Source: Squalus acanthias (lineage: Eukaryota). From it: a stretch of DNA of 64,000 bases. The position numbers were made by a program, and so were the translations under genes. How positions within the stretch are numbered: position 1 is the stretch's first letter; every line of letters starts with the position of its first letter. Positions 37,103 to 48,937 of the stretch are shown piece by piece. Below the pieces are notes generated by a model. The model was given only the letters and a program-made list of their open reading frames with translations. It made no database searches and was not told the DNA's origin. The DNA lies in contig CM059432.1 of the NCBI GenBank assembly GCA_030390025.1, forward strand, positions 104,534,001 to 104,598,000, in the 5' to 3' direction.

Positions 37103-38830
37103 AAAAACTTAGCAAGTCAGGCAGCATCTGTGAAGAGAGAAACAGAGTTAACATTTCAGGTCGATGACCTTTCCTCAGAACTGGAAAAAAGCAGGAAATG
37201 GAACAGATTTTTAAGCAAGTGTAGGGGCTGGGAAATAGGGGAGGGGATGAAAGAACAAAGGGAAGGTCTGTGATAGGATAGAAGGCAGGAGAAGTTAAGA
37301 GACATTGGCCCGAAATTAGACCTAATACGCGAGAGTACGCACTGTGTACTCTCGCGTATTAGGTCCCGAAGTGCAGGTTTCCTGCATGCACTGTGCATGC
37401 GTGGGAAACCGGCACTTCATGTATTGCAAAGGGGGCGGTTCCTAAGTGAACCGTGTGTGCACTACAGGTTGTGCGCATGCAGCGCACTTAGGTTTTTTTT
37501 CAGGTTTGAACGCGCAGGTAAGTGGTGAAGATTTTACACATAAAGAAAGCAGGCGTAGGACCCCCTTTTAACAAGGTAAGTAGTTAATTAAGTGCTATTT
37601 TAAATTTTTTTCAACAGATTTATCTTTTTTAGAGACTTTAAAGAAAGGTAAGTTTATTTTTATAACTTTTAAAAAGATTTTAAATTTTTTCAAAAATTTA
37701 ATTTTTTGTTTAAAGTGGTTAATTTATTTAACTATAGTTATTTTATTAATGTGATGGCTTTTTTTAAAATTTAATTGAGGTTTAGCTGTTCTTTTGGGGG
37801 CTTGTAGTATTCATAGCTTTGACAGCCCTTGCTGTCAAAACTATGAATGGAAGATGGTGTGCTGCCATTGGCTCTAACTGAATCACGTGATCCCAGAGCT
37901 CGCACGAACTAATTGCGCCTCTGGGACACGCAAGCACTGCACGGTTGCAACAGGGAGAGGCCCTGAAACTGAAGTTCGTGTGGGCCCGAAACAAAAAGGT
38001 AGGCGCAGAGTGCGATATCGCGGGGAATCCTTACCCCCGCGGGAACCATCGATGTTTAATTTCTGGGCCATTAAGAGATAATCAAGGCAAAAGGAGATGG
38101 TAATGGGACAGGTTAAGAAACAAAGGATGGCTCCAGATGAAGTGTAAATTGCGCTGGCAGAATGAAAGACAGCTGCCATGTGGGAGAGAAGAACAGAAGG
38201 CACAAACAAAAAGTGTGGATAAAATATATATATATGATAGGGGCCGAGGTTATGATCTGAAATTGTTGAACTCTAAGTTGAGTCCAGAAGGCTGTAAAGT
38301 GCCTAATCGAAAGATGAGGTTCTGTTCCTCAAGCTTACGCTGAGCTTCTGTGGAACAATGCAAGAGGCCGCGGACAGTGAGGTCTGAGTGGGAGTGGAGC
38401 GGAGAATTAAAGTGACAGGTGACCGGAAACTCGGGGTCCCCCTTACGGACTGAACGGAGGTATTCCGCAAAGCGGTCATCCAATCTGCGTTTGGTCTCCC
38501 CAATGTAGAGGAGACCGCATCATGAGCAGCGAATACAGTATACTAAATTGCAAGAAGTACAAGTAAATCACTGTTTCACCTGGAAGGGGTGTTTGGGGCC
38601 CTGGACAGTGGGAAGGGGGGAGGTATAAGGGCATGTGTTGCATCTCCTGTGCTTGCACGGGAAGGTGCCGGGTGAAGGGGAAGGGGTGTTGGGGGTGATA
38701 GAGGAGTGGACTAGGGTGTTGCGGAGGGAGCGGTCCCTACGGAATGCTGAAAGGGGAGGTGAGGGGAAGATGTGTTTGGTGGTGGGATCACGCTGGAGAT
38801 GGCAGAAATGGCGGAGGATGATCCGTTGAA
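37103..38830 (-). mobile_element. Penelope-like element (second family) split by a MITE
   Basis: pLTR with hammerhead-like motif at ~37145-37183; GIY-YIG C-terminus DRFAEYLRSVR..PVTCHFNS..EEQNLIFRLGTLQPSGLN. Confidence 0.87.
37307..38069. mobile_element. Harbinger-type MITE with multiple internal hairpins
   Basis: TIRs GGCCCGAAATTAGAC / GTTTAATTTCTGGGCC; TSD ATT. Confidence 0.8.
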
Positions 38831-39500
38831 TGTTCCATTTTGTTATCGTCGTCTGCCGTCCGGACACGCCTTGGTGCACCATCTTGCCGTCCAGAGGAGG
38901 CGGGGGTCCCCAATGGAGGGCTCTCTACGCAGGAGTCCTCCCTTTATCTATTGGGGACTTGGCCTGGAGGGTGTTGCACGGAGCAGTCCCGTGCAATAAG
39001 GTTTTAAGTAGGTTCACGGACTCCCAGGCCGCCTGCCTTTTCCGCGGCCTGGAGGAGTCCGTGTTCCACGTTTATGTGGAGTGTGAGAGGTTGCAGCCCC
39101 TCTTCCATTATTTGAAGGGGTTACTCCTCGATTTTTGGCTGCACTTCAGTCCCACGCTCCTGATCTTTGGTCACCCGGTGCGGAGGGGAGCAGGCAGATC
39201 GGAGGACCTCCTCGTGGGACTGCTCCTGGGCCTGGCCAAAGTGGCCATCAACAGGTCCAGGCAGCGGGCGGTCGAGGGGGTTGTTCGGCCCGACTGCCTG
39301 CCTGTCTTCCGCGGCCACGTTCGCGCCCGGGTGGCCCTGGAGATGGAGCACACGGTGTCTGCCGGCACGCTCGAGGTGTTCCACGACCGGTGGGCACCGC
39401 AGGGACTGGAGTGCTTCATCACCCCCGGAAACCAAATTTTAATTTAATTGTTAAGTTTCATTTGATGTATTTTTGTTAATTTACTGTTTATTTGTTCGTA
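38830..39500 (+). mobile_element. Tx1-type LINE 3' end
   Basis: DLAWRVLHGAVPCN...ACLFRGLEESVFHVYVECERLQPLF...LAKVAINRSR. Confidence 0.85.
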
Positions 39501-39698
39501 CCCAAAAGAGTCCACTGCATCCATCACTAGTGTCCGGAAGGTGCTGGAGTTGGGCTCAGCAAACTGCTTGTTTTCAGGACCTGGCCCACAGACTTACACC
39601 GCCACCTTTGTGCCCGAACACGTTTCTCGTTAACCCAACTGCAGTCCGATGATGTGACAGAATAAATTGACAATAACGGCGGTGCAGGGTTCAGGTAA

Positions 39699-40358
39699 TG
39701 GACAAGAGGAAGGTCCAAGTACTGGACAAGAGGAGGGTCCAAGTACTGGACAAGAGGAGGGTCCAAGTACTGGACAAGAGGAGGGTCCAAGTACAGAACA
39801 AGAGGAGGGTCCAAGTACTGGACAAGAGGAGGGTCCAAGTACTGGACAAGAGGAGGGTCCAAGTACTGAACAAGAGGAGGGTCCAAGTACTGGACAAGAG
39901 GAGGATCCAAGTACTGGACAAGAGGAGGGTCCAGATGCTGGACAAGAGGACGGTCCAAGTACCGGACAAGAGGAGGGTCCAAGTACTGGACAAGAGGAGG
40001 GTCCAGATGCTGGACAAGGGGAGGGTCCAGATGCTGGACAAGGGGAGGGTCCAAGTACTGGACAAGAGGAGGGTCCAGATGCTGGACAAGGGGAGGGTCC
40101 AGATGCTGGACAAGAGGAGGATCCAAGTACTGGACAAGAGGAGGGTCCAGATGCTGGACAAGAGGAGGGTCCAAGTACTGGACAAGAGGAGGGTCCAGAT
40201 GCTGGACAAGAGGAGGGTCCAGATGCTGGACAAGAGGAGGGTCCAAGTACTGGACAAGAGGAGGGTCCAAGTACTGGACAAGAGGAGGGTCCAGATGCTG
40301 GACAAGAGGAGGGTCAAGGTACTGCACAAGAGGAGGGTCCAAGTACTGGACAAGAGGG
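39699..40358. repeat. 24-bp minisatellite (TGGACAAGAGGAGGGTCCAAGTAC / ...CCAGATGC)n, ~27 copies
   Basis: Direct tandem repeat with two interspersed unit variants. Confidence 0.97.
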
Positions 40359-41766
40359 CAACCCTCCCATCAGTTTTACTGGCGCTGAAACCAGCTCACC
40401 AAATTCTCACAACTCGCTTCAAGAGTATTCTGAAGACTTGGAGGGATACATACACATGGGAGTTCTTAGCTGAATAGGACGTCCCAATGTACCTGTGCTT
40501 TTTTAGTCTCATTTATACTGCAGATAGCTGCAGTTTTGGTTCCAGCCGGACGAGCAATTCCAGTCATAAATTTGTACTCCCATATTTATTCTCTGTGCTA
40601 CTGAAATAATTTACCTTTCATGTTTCTTTTTACACCAGGGATTACAATAGATGAAATGATTTCACGCTCTTTTACCGCGAGTGTGAAATTGATAAAAAGA
40701 GTCCTGACGTGCTCCACGCCTCATTTTAATATAACACGAACCTGTGTAGCTCACCGCGCGTCCCGAGCTGCTGCTCCAACTGACCATCTCAACTGAGGGA
40801 CACGAACTAGATAGAGACCGGCAGTAATGTACAAATACTGAAATATTACAATAAACATTGCAAAAATCTGGTTTCCTCCCGTACTTGTGTGAAAAAGGCA
40901 ACGAAGAAGCAGAACATAGAAATAGTTAAAGATCTGGCTCCGTCCCTTTTTTTGCGCGTGAGAAAATTCCATCTGTTCAGTCTGACCGCGAGACTAAAGG
41001 TTTTGTAAACTCTTCTCGATTCATTTAATGGATGAAACCAATACTTAGAAAAGTAACTGAATGCCATATGGTAAGATTGAAGCTTTGCCTTTGCTTTGCC
41101 TGTTGCAGAGTTAAGGCGATTCTGCCGCTTTTCGTTTGGTCAGCCGGTGTCTGGCGTGATGCAGAAATCCATCTCCACCATCATGTTTAAGTGTCTCCAA
41201 ATCAGACTACTGAGAAATCCACTGAAATCAAGGGCTGGATTTTAACTTCACGGCGCGCTGGAAGTGGGAGGGGGTTCCGGTAGCGCGGGAAACCCGGAAG
41301 TAAGTGCAGCGCGTCTGTCAGTGGCTTTTTACCCCAGCCACTAAATTACCATATCATATTCGGGTTTCCGACCAATTAGCATGAATGAGCATGATGACGA
41401 CCCGCATGAGGCGATTTCCATTCCAAAAATGCGATTTGATGGAGTTTGGAGTTGGGAGGACAACAGAAGGACTTGGCAGAATGGAGTCCAGACGTTCAAA
41501 CGCTGCGCCGCGCTTTAGTGACGCCTCCCTGGATGTGCTGCTGGTGGCATTAAGGGTCCGCAGGAAGATACTCTTCCCTACTGATGGGAGGAAGAAGCCT
41601 GCAGGTGAAACAAAGAAGGCATGGCTGGAGGTTGCTCATGAGGTCAGCAACAGGAGCGTGGTGCCACGCTCGTAGATTCAATGCTGAAAGCAGTTTAATG
41701 ACCTAAGCTGGGCAAAAGTGAGAAGTCGCACAACACCAGGTTATAGTCCAACAGTTTTATTTGAAA

Positions 41767-41804
41767 TCACAAGCTTTCGGAGCTGCTGCTCCTTCCTCAG
41801 GTGA
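41767..41804 (-). ncRNA. Minimal type I hammerhead ribozyme motif
   Basis: UCAC-CUGAGGA-aGGAGCagcaGCUCC-GAAA-GCUU-GUGA. Confidence 0.7.
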
Positions 41805-41814
41805 AGCCTTCACT

Positions 41815-41852
41815 TCACCTGACGAAGGAGCAGCAGCTCCGAAAGCTTGTGA
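41815..41852 (+). ncRNA. Minimal type I hammerhead ribozyme motif
   Basis: UCAC-CUGACGA-aGGAGCagcaGCUCC-GAAA-GCUU-GUGA: intact core, stems I and II, palindromic stem III (AAGCUU). Confidence 0.72.
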
Positions 41853-41969
41853 TTTCAAATAAAACTGTTGGACTATAACCTGGTGTTGTGCGACTTCTCA
41901 CTTTTGTCCACCCCAGTCCAACACCGGCATCGCCACATCATAAACTGGGCAGGAAAGGTGAGTACAGCG

Positions 41970-43390
41970 GCATAAAAACAGAAAATGCTGGAAATACTCA
42001 GCAGGTCAGGCAGCATCTGTGGAGAGAGAAACAGAGTTAACGTTTCATAGAAACATAGAAAAATAGGAGCAGGAGTAGGTCATTCGGCCCTTCGAGCCTG
42101 CTCCGCCATTCAATATGATCATGGCTGATCCTCTATCTCAATACCATATTCCCGCTCTCTCCCCATACCCCTTGATGCCTTTTGTGTCTAGAAATCTATC
42201 TATCTCCTTCTTAAATATATTCAGTGACTTGGCCTCCACAGCCTTCTGTGGTAGAGAATTCCACAGGTTCACCACCCTCTGAGTGAAGAAATTTCTCCTC
42301 ATCTCAGTCCTAAATGTTCTACCCCGTATCCTGAGACTGTGACCCCTCGTTCTAGACCCCCCAGCCAGGGGAAACATCCTCCCTGCATCCAGTCTGTCTA
42401 GCCCTGTCAGAATTTTATACATTTCAATGAGATCCCCTCTCATTCTTCTAAACTCTAGTGCATACAGGCCTAGGTCGACCCAATCTCTCCTCATATGACT
42501 CCTGCCATCCTAGGAATCAGTCTGGTGAACCTTCGCTGCACTCCCTCTATGGCAAGTATATCCTTTCTTAGGTAAGGAGACCAAAACTGCACACAGTACT
42601 CCAGGTGTGGTCTCACCAAAGCTCTGTATAACTGTAGTAAGACATCCTTGCTCCTGCACTCAAATCCTCTTGCAATGAAGGCCAACATACCATTTGCCTT
42701 CCTGTTTCAGGTCGATGACCCTCGTCAGAACTAGAAAAGGTTGGAGATGGAACAGGTTTTTAAGCAAGTGTAGGTGCAGGGAGAGGGGGGAGAGGAGGAA
42801 AGAACAAAAGGGAAGGTTTGTGATAGGATGGGAGGCAGGAGAGATTAAGAGACAAAAGGGATGATGGTGCAAGGCAAAAGGAGATGGTAATGGGACAAGT
42901 TAAGAAACAAAAGATGACTCAAGATGAACTGTAAATGGCAATGGCAGAATGATCAACAGCTGCCATGTGAGAGAGGGAAAAAAATGAGAAAAAAAAGATA
43001 GGGGCAGAGGTTATGGTCTGAAATTGTTTAACTCGATGTTGAGTCCAGAAGGCTGTAAAGTGCCTAATCGAAAGATGAGGTGCTGTTCTTCGAGCTTACA
43101 TTGAGCTTCATTGGAACAGTGTAAGAGACCAAGGACGGAGAGGCCAGAGTGGGAGTGGTGCGGTGAATTAAAGTGACAGGCGACCGGAAGGTCAGGGTCA
43201 CCCTTACGGACTGAACGGAGGTGTTCCACAAAGCAGTCACCCAATCTGCGTTTGGTCTCCCCAGTGTAGAGGAGCGAATACAGTATACTAAATTACAAGA
43301 AGTACAAATAAATCGCTGTTTCACCTGGAAGGAGTGTTTGGGGCCCTGGACAGTGGGAAGGGAGGAGGTAAAAGGGCAGGTGTTGCATCT
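41970..43390 (-). mobile_element. Penelope-like element (second family) in the Harbinger Myb intron
   Basis: pLTR plus GIY-YIG remnant (EHLRSVR...PVACHFNS...IFRLGTLQPSGLN). Confidence 0.87.
42048..42703 (-). mobile_element. CR1 3' end inserted in the Penelope hammerhead
   Basis: RPHLEYCVQFWSP...RTRGHSLR; TSD GTTTCA (42042-47, 42704-09). Confidence 0.92.
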
Positions 43391-45304
43391 CATTGCCCTA
43401 CATCCTGATGTGTATATCACCCCAACACCCTCACATTGACTTCTCAAGCCTACTCCAGCACATCACTCCTCACACCAACTTACCTTGCAGGTACACCCAT
43501 CCCTTTCTGTCTATGCACTTCCTCACATCCCCATCTGTCCATCCACCATTGACACTCACCCTCATCCTTATGCAATGTCATGCCTCTCCCTCATAGTCAC
43601 CCTCAACAAATGTTCTCCAACCATCGGGTGAACACATGCCATTACACTCACTCATAGGTCTCTTTCCCTCTGTGCAGAAGAGAGCACAGAACATGAGGGA
43701 GAGGCAGAGAACCGGCGGTGCCCTCCAGCAATCTCGCAACTGACAGCTGCGGAGTAGGAGGCGCTGGGCATCAGTGGATCAATGGCATACAACACTCACT
43801 CATGTTGACTTGATGTCAGCAGCGAGTGAAATATGATCATGTGCATAATGATCACTTGAGACATTCTTACCTTGACAATTCTAATTCATGTCTTTAACCT
43901 CCCACAGGGCCTTCAAGCGTTCCACAGGAGTTGGTCCAGGAGGACGACAACAACTCCTCAGAGGAGGTCACTCCCTCTGAGGGTGCACCATCACAGGACA
44001 CATGTAGATCATGCACCAGCTTAGATACTTACACTTCGGTAAGGCAGATATTGGGTTTTCACCTGGGTAACTCACACATCACAAGTGAACAGGGGCAGAT
44101 GGTGTCAGGGACAGCAGTGGAGAGTCTACGTCGGAGGCTGCAGGGTGCTCCAAGCTCTGCTCAGCTGGATGCAGATGCTGAACTTCAGGGGCCATAGATG
44201 AACAGGATACTTCTGCAGCAGCAGCAAAGAATGTGTGATGTACTGGCAAGCTTTCCAGCCGCTCTGTGCACACTTGCAGAGAGATTGGAGGAGTCCGTCT
44301 CAAGCATGAGTGGCATGATGTCGCAGGCCTTTGCGATGATGTCTTCTTCCATGGGAAGAGTGGCCATCTACATGGAGCATCAAGCGTGGCAATCAAACGA
44401 GTGCATGCAAACCTTCACCAATGGCTTATACACTATGAATGCCACCTTAAATAGGATGAAGGATACACCTAACATTGGCCGTTCATCGCCTCACTGATCT
44501 GCTGAAAGTGTTCTCTAGCTCATCGCTGGCAGGGAAGTGTGGGTTGGCCATGAGAGGGATGATGGTGAAAGGAGATGTGGAAGTGCGGACTTGGCTCAAA
44601 GCACTTCCACTTCTCACCCATTGCTCCCCGCTCCTCAGTGGCTGGTGCGTACTGAAGGGCATTTCCAGATCTGTCCAGGCACCTGAAGCACATCTTCAGC
44701 ATGCCGATTGCTAGCTCAATGACACATCTGGTTGTCATATGGCTTTCAATGTATCGTTCTTGGCCTCATTGGTTGGAATCCTCATGGGCTCATTGGTTGG
44801 GATCAGCCACATTTTAAGTGGGTATCCCTTGTCTTCGAGCAGCCAGCTGGTAAGTCTGCTTCAAGGTGCGAAGAGATCAGGGAGGGTGGACTGCCACAGG
44901 ACAAAAGCATCATGGTAGCTGCCCGGGAATCTTGTGCACACCTACAAAAATCCTTTTGTGGTTGCACATCAGCTGCACATTGTTGGAGTGGAAGCCCCTG
45001 AGGTTGAACAATACTCCTGGGTGATCCGGGGGTGCCTTAATTGCCACATGCGTGCAGTCGATGACGCCCTGCGCCTGTGGGAAGCCAGCCAGAGCCGCAA
45101 GCCCAATTGCCCATTCATTCTGACTACCGTCGTCGTAGGAAAAGTGTACATAATTGCCGGCCCTGGCAAACAAACCATAAGTCACCTGTCTTATGCATTT
45201 GTGGGCTGCCGACAGAGAGATCCTGCAAATGCCTCCGGCAGAGCCCTGGAAGGATCCAGAGGCAAAGAAGTTGAGGGCAGTGATGACTTTGACAGCTACT
45301 CTAT

Positions 45305-48300
45305 GGGCTGGATTTTGATTCAGGGGTGGGCTGGGGTCGTGTAATCCGCATTTCGTGTTAGCCACCCGAATCTAAATCGATGTGGGAGATTGATGCGATT
45401 TTAACATAATTGGCCAATTGAGTTCTAACGTGTGGGATCCCATGGCCAGTGAGTTTTTCCAGTCTGAAAGTCGCTTCCGATGATGTCATCATTGCTGCAG
45501 CATTTAAGGTCTGCAACAAGCCTTGCTTCCTCTGCAGACTGCCAAGCTTTTGCCTTTGCATGTTAGAGGCACCTGCAGGAAGAATGGCCAGCCAGAGACC
45601 TAGGTCTGCACCTCGATTTGATGACGTCGCCCTGCAAGCTTTAATTGAGAGAGCCAGAGTTAATAAGGAGGTGCTCTTCCCTTCTTCAGGGAGGAAGAAG
45701 CCTTCCCATCAAACCAAGGCTGTGTGGATCCAGGTGGCAGAGGAGGTCAACTTGTTGTCCATAACCCGCAGAACCTGGCTTCAGTGCAGGAAGAGGTTTC
45801 ATGACCTGCTGCGCACTGGAAAAGTGAGTATGAATTTCCCATCACCCTCATTCTGATCCCCATGGCCTCTTCTCACCAGCACTCAGCTTTGACAACCTCT
45901 TCCTCCACATCTCACTTGACACTGACATCCCTGCACCCTTACCCATTCCCTCTCTCTGTATGGTCACATTCACCTAACTATTCGACTATGCAGCCCTCAC
46001 ACTCCCTATCGCTGTGATGCTATGAAAACAACTTACAAGACACAGGGAGGGCCCATGGTCTTGCCACCTCACTCCGAATTTGTCTCCTTCTAACCATCAA
46101 TGATATAGATTCTCTACACTCACTCCTTCATTCTCACTCAAACTCCACTTGTCTCCCTCATTGCAGGAAAAGAGAGCTCACAATAAGAGGGAAAGAGTGA
46201 GGACAGGAGGAGGGCCACCCTCAGTAGCCCAGCTCACCACCTGGGAGTCACTGATAATGATTCTGACACTCCAGCAGACTGACTTATGATCATCTGCAAT
46301 ATGCAATGTGCATGTAACCTTGGACTCACATCTCTGACTCTTTCCTTTACTCCCCCCCAGGACCATCGCGAGCAGCCGTCCCCACCGTCCGGGAGGAGGA
46401 GCATGAGCCTCACCACTCCTCAGAGGAAGCTACAACCTCTGAGGGCACCGCGTCAGCAGAATTCAGCGCACCCAGCACCAGCGCAGACACTCGCACCTCG
46501 GAGGGGACATCGCGAGATAGAGTAGTGTTGTCACCTGGTGTATCACAGCTCACAAGTGAGCATCAGCAGATAGTGGAGACAGGGACAGCAGTGGAGAGTC
46601 CTCGTCAGAGGGCGCAGGACTCTCCTAGCTCAGCTCAGCTGCATGTCGACCCTCTGCCTCTGGGTCCATCCATAAGATCAGCGGTGCTGGAACTCCAGGA
46701 ACAGGTGCAGGAGTCTCTGGCAGGTTTTGTCTCCAGGGTCGCTGCGAGTGTGGAGCGAATGGAGGAGTCCATAGTGAACATGAGCAGAGCCTTTGTGGAG
46801 TCATTGGCGCATGAACGCATCACCACGGAAAGGATGGCCACCTCCGTGGAAAGGATGGCTATAGTAGAGGAGAGGATGGCTACGGCTATGGAGGAGATAA
46901 GTCGCCAGAGTGTTGAAAACATGGTCATTGTTCAGAATAGACTGGCATCTCTTGAGGAGCGATGGTCATCTATTGAACATAGAAACCAGACCTTCATGGA
47001 AGTCCTTCTGAGTAGGACTCCCAGTGCAGATATGGGTCCCCATGGCCCCCCTGATGTGCAGCAAGGTGCTCTCAATCCACTTGCAAGCGCTGAGGTGGGG
47101 CTGACCCATGAGAGAGATGTTGGTGACAGACAACAAGGAAGTGGGGGCTCCTCTCCAAGCGCTCACACGACCAAGCCACTGCAAAGCCCTCGGTCAGAGC
47201 CCCACCAGAGTCCTCACCCAACTGAGATCGGCGTCTCAACCCCTGCACAGCCACAGGAGCAGCAGACTGTTGCCGAGCCCTCACAGGCTCGCAACCCCAG
47301 AGGACGCCCGCCAAAGGTGTCGAGGCAGGAGCAGCATGAAAGTGAGCAAGGGGCCTCCACATCTGCTGAAGCCACAGGGGAAGCACCACGTAGGAGCACG
47401 CGTAAAAGAAAAATAATGCACAAGTAGTCACAAGGGTAGTCACTTGGGTGTAATGTTGTGTTTAATCTTGAAATGCCAGCACTTGCTTGGTGTGATTAAA
47501 AATTCTGATGGCAAACTGCTGAAGTTGTGGCGTCTGTCATTTCGCAAATGGGACTTCCACATTGAGGGCTTAGGATGACTTGCAATTGTCACTATGGTGG
47601 TCAGAGTGATAGGAATCCGCAGGTTCCTGGCCATTGTCGATGGTCATTTAAGAAGGTACGAGGCAAAAGTGTTTGATTGTGCAGGCTAAGCAAATCTGGT
47701 CAAGTGCGTCCCTTGCATCTCGGGCAGCAATGTGGTCGCACGCTGGCGCCTTCTGGCCTGTGCAGCTTCAGGTGGGTGAGGAGCAGCTTGGCACTCCTGT
47801 TGATGCTGCTGCTGCTGGTGGTGCTGTTGTTCATGGTTCTGCTGCTGCCACGGCTGGTCTTCGTCCGAATCTGATGTCCAGGAGGAAAGGAAATAAATGG
47901 TTCCCATGCTTCTGGTATATGCCTCAGTTGAGGAAGCGCTCAGTCAAGGTGGCGAGAGGGGTTTCCCAGGAGGTCACACTGGAGATGGGTGTCAGGCTCC
48001 AAACTTCCACAGCTGTGGTTATGCCATATAAAAGTTCCCCCAGACCTCAGACAACAAAGTCCTGCCAACTGCAAATGATGGCTGATCACATCTCCTATTT
48101 CATGGTTGAGCTGCAGCTGATAGTCAGCAATCCAAATGTGCTACCACCAGGTTTCACATTCGTGGTTCAGAACAGGCGTGCTTCATGTGGAAAAAGGGTT
48201 AAAATCACAAAGGCCTTTCAAAATGGCATTATAGAGGCAAATAAGTGCTTGTTAAGGGCCTTAACGGCCTATCCCGCCTCTTGGAGGCGGGACGGAGTCA

Positions 48301-48438
48301 GGACCAGCAGACACGATTTAATGAAAATTGCGTGGCGGTGGGATGGAGGCGGGCTCGTGCCCGCCCGCCAGTTTTCACAATTTTAACCCCCCCACACGCC
48401 TCCAAACCCGCCTCCACGGGTCAATGAAAATTCTGCCC
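45305..48438. mobile_element. Nested Harbinger (same family as copy 1), internal deletion derivative
   Basis: TIRs GGGCTGGATTTTGATT / AATGAAAATTCTGCCC; TSD TAT; Myb gene ~45583-47427; ~1 kb of transposase missing. Confidence 0.92.
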
Positions 48439-48937
48439 TATGCCTCTATTTATGAAGCCCAGGATCCCGTATGCTTTTTTAACCGCTTTCTCAACCTGCC
48501 CTGCCACCTTCACTGATTTGTGCACATATAACCCCAGGTCTCTTTGTTCATGCACCTCCTTTAGGATTGTACCCTTTAGTTTATATTGCCTCTCCTTGTT
48601 CTTCCTACCAGAATGTATCACTTGGTACTTTTCTGCGTTAAATTTCATCTGCCATGTGTCCGCCCATTTCACCAGCCTGTCTATGTCCTCTTGAAGTCTA
48701 TCACTATCCTCCTCACTGTTCACTATACTTCCAAGCTTTGTGTCATCTGCAAATTTTGAAATTGTGCCCTGTACACCCACGTCCAAGTCATTAATATATA
48801 TCAAGAAAATCAGTGGTCCTAGTACCGACCCCTGGGGAACACCACTGTATACCTTCCTCCAGTCCAAAAAACAACCATTCACCACTACTCTCTGTTTCCT
48901 GTCACTGAGCCAATTTCGTATCCATGCTGCCACTGTC

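Larger units (their letters stand above)
41715..41940. mobile_element. Short Penelope-derived palindromic insertion
   Basis: 94-bp inverted arms (41713-41806, 41813-41906), one mismatch; TSD TAA[G/A]CTGGGCA; arm matches the 3' end of the Penelope at 32235. Confidence 0.88.

Noticed and set aside
39527..40477. Four long repetitive ORFs; superficial CRISPR-like periodicity
   Set aside because: Tandem 24-bp units with no unique spacers, no cas genes, vertebrate context.
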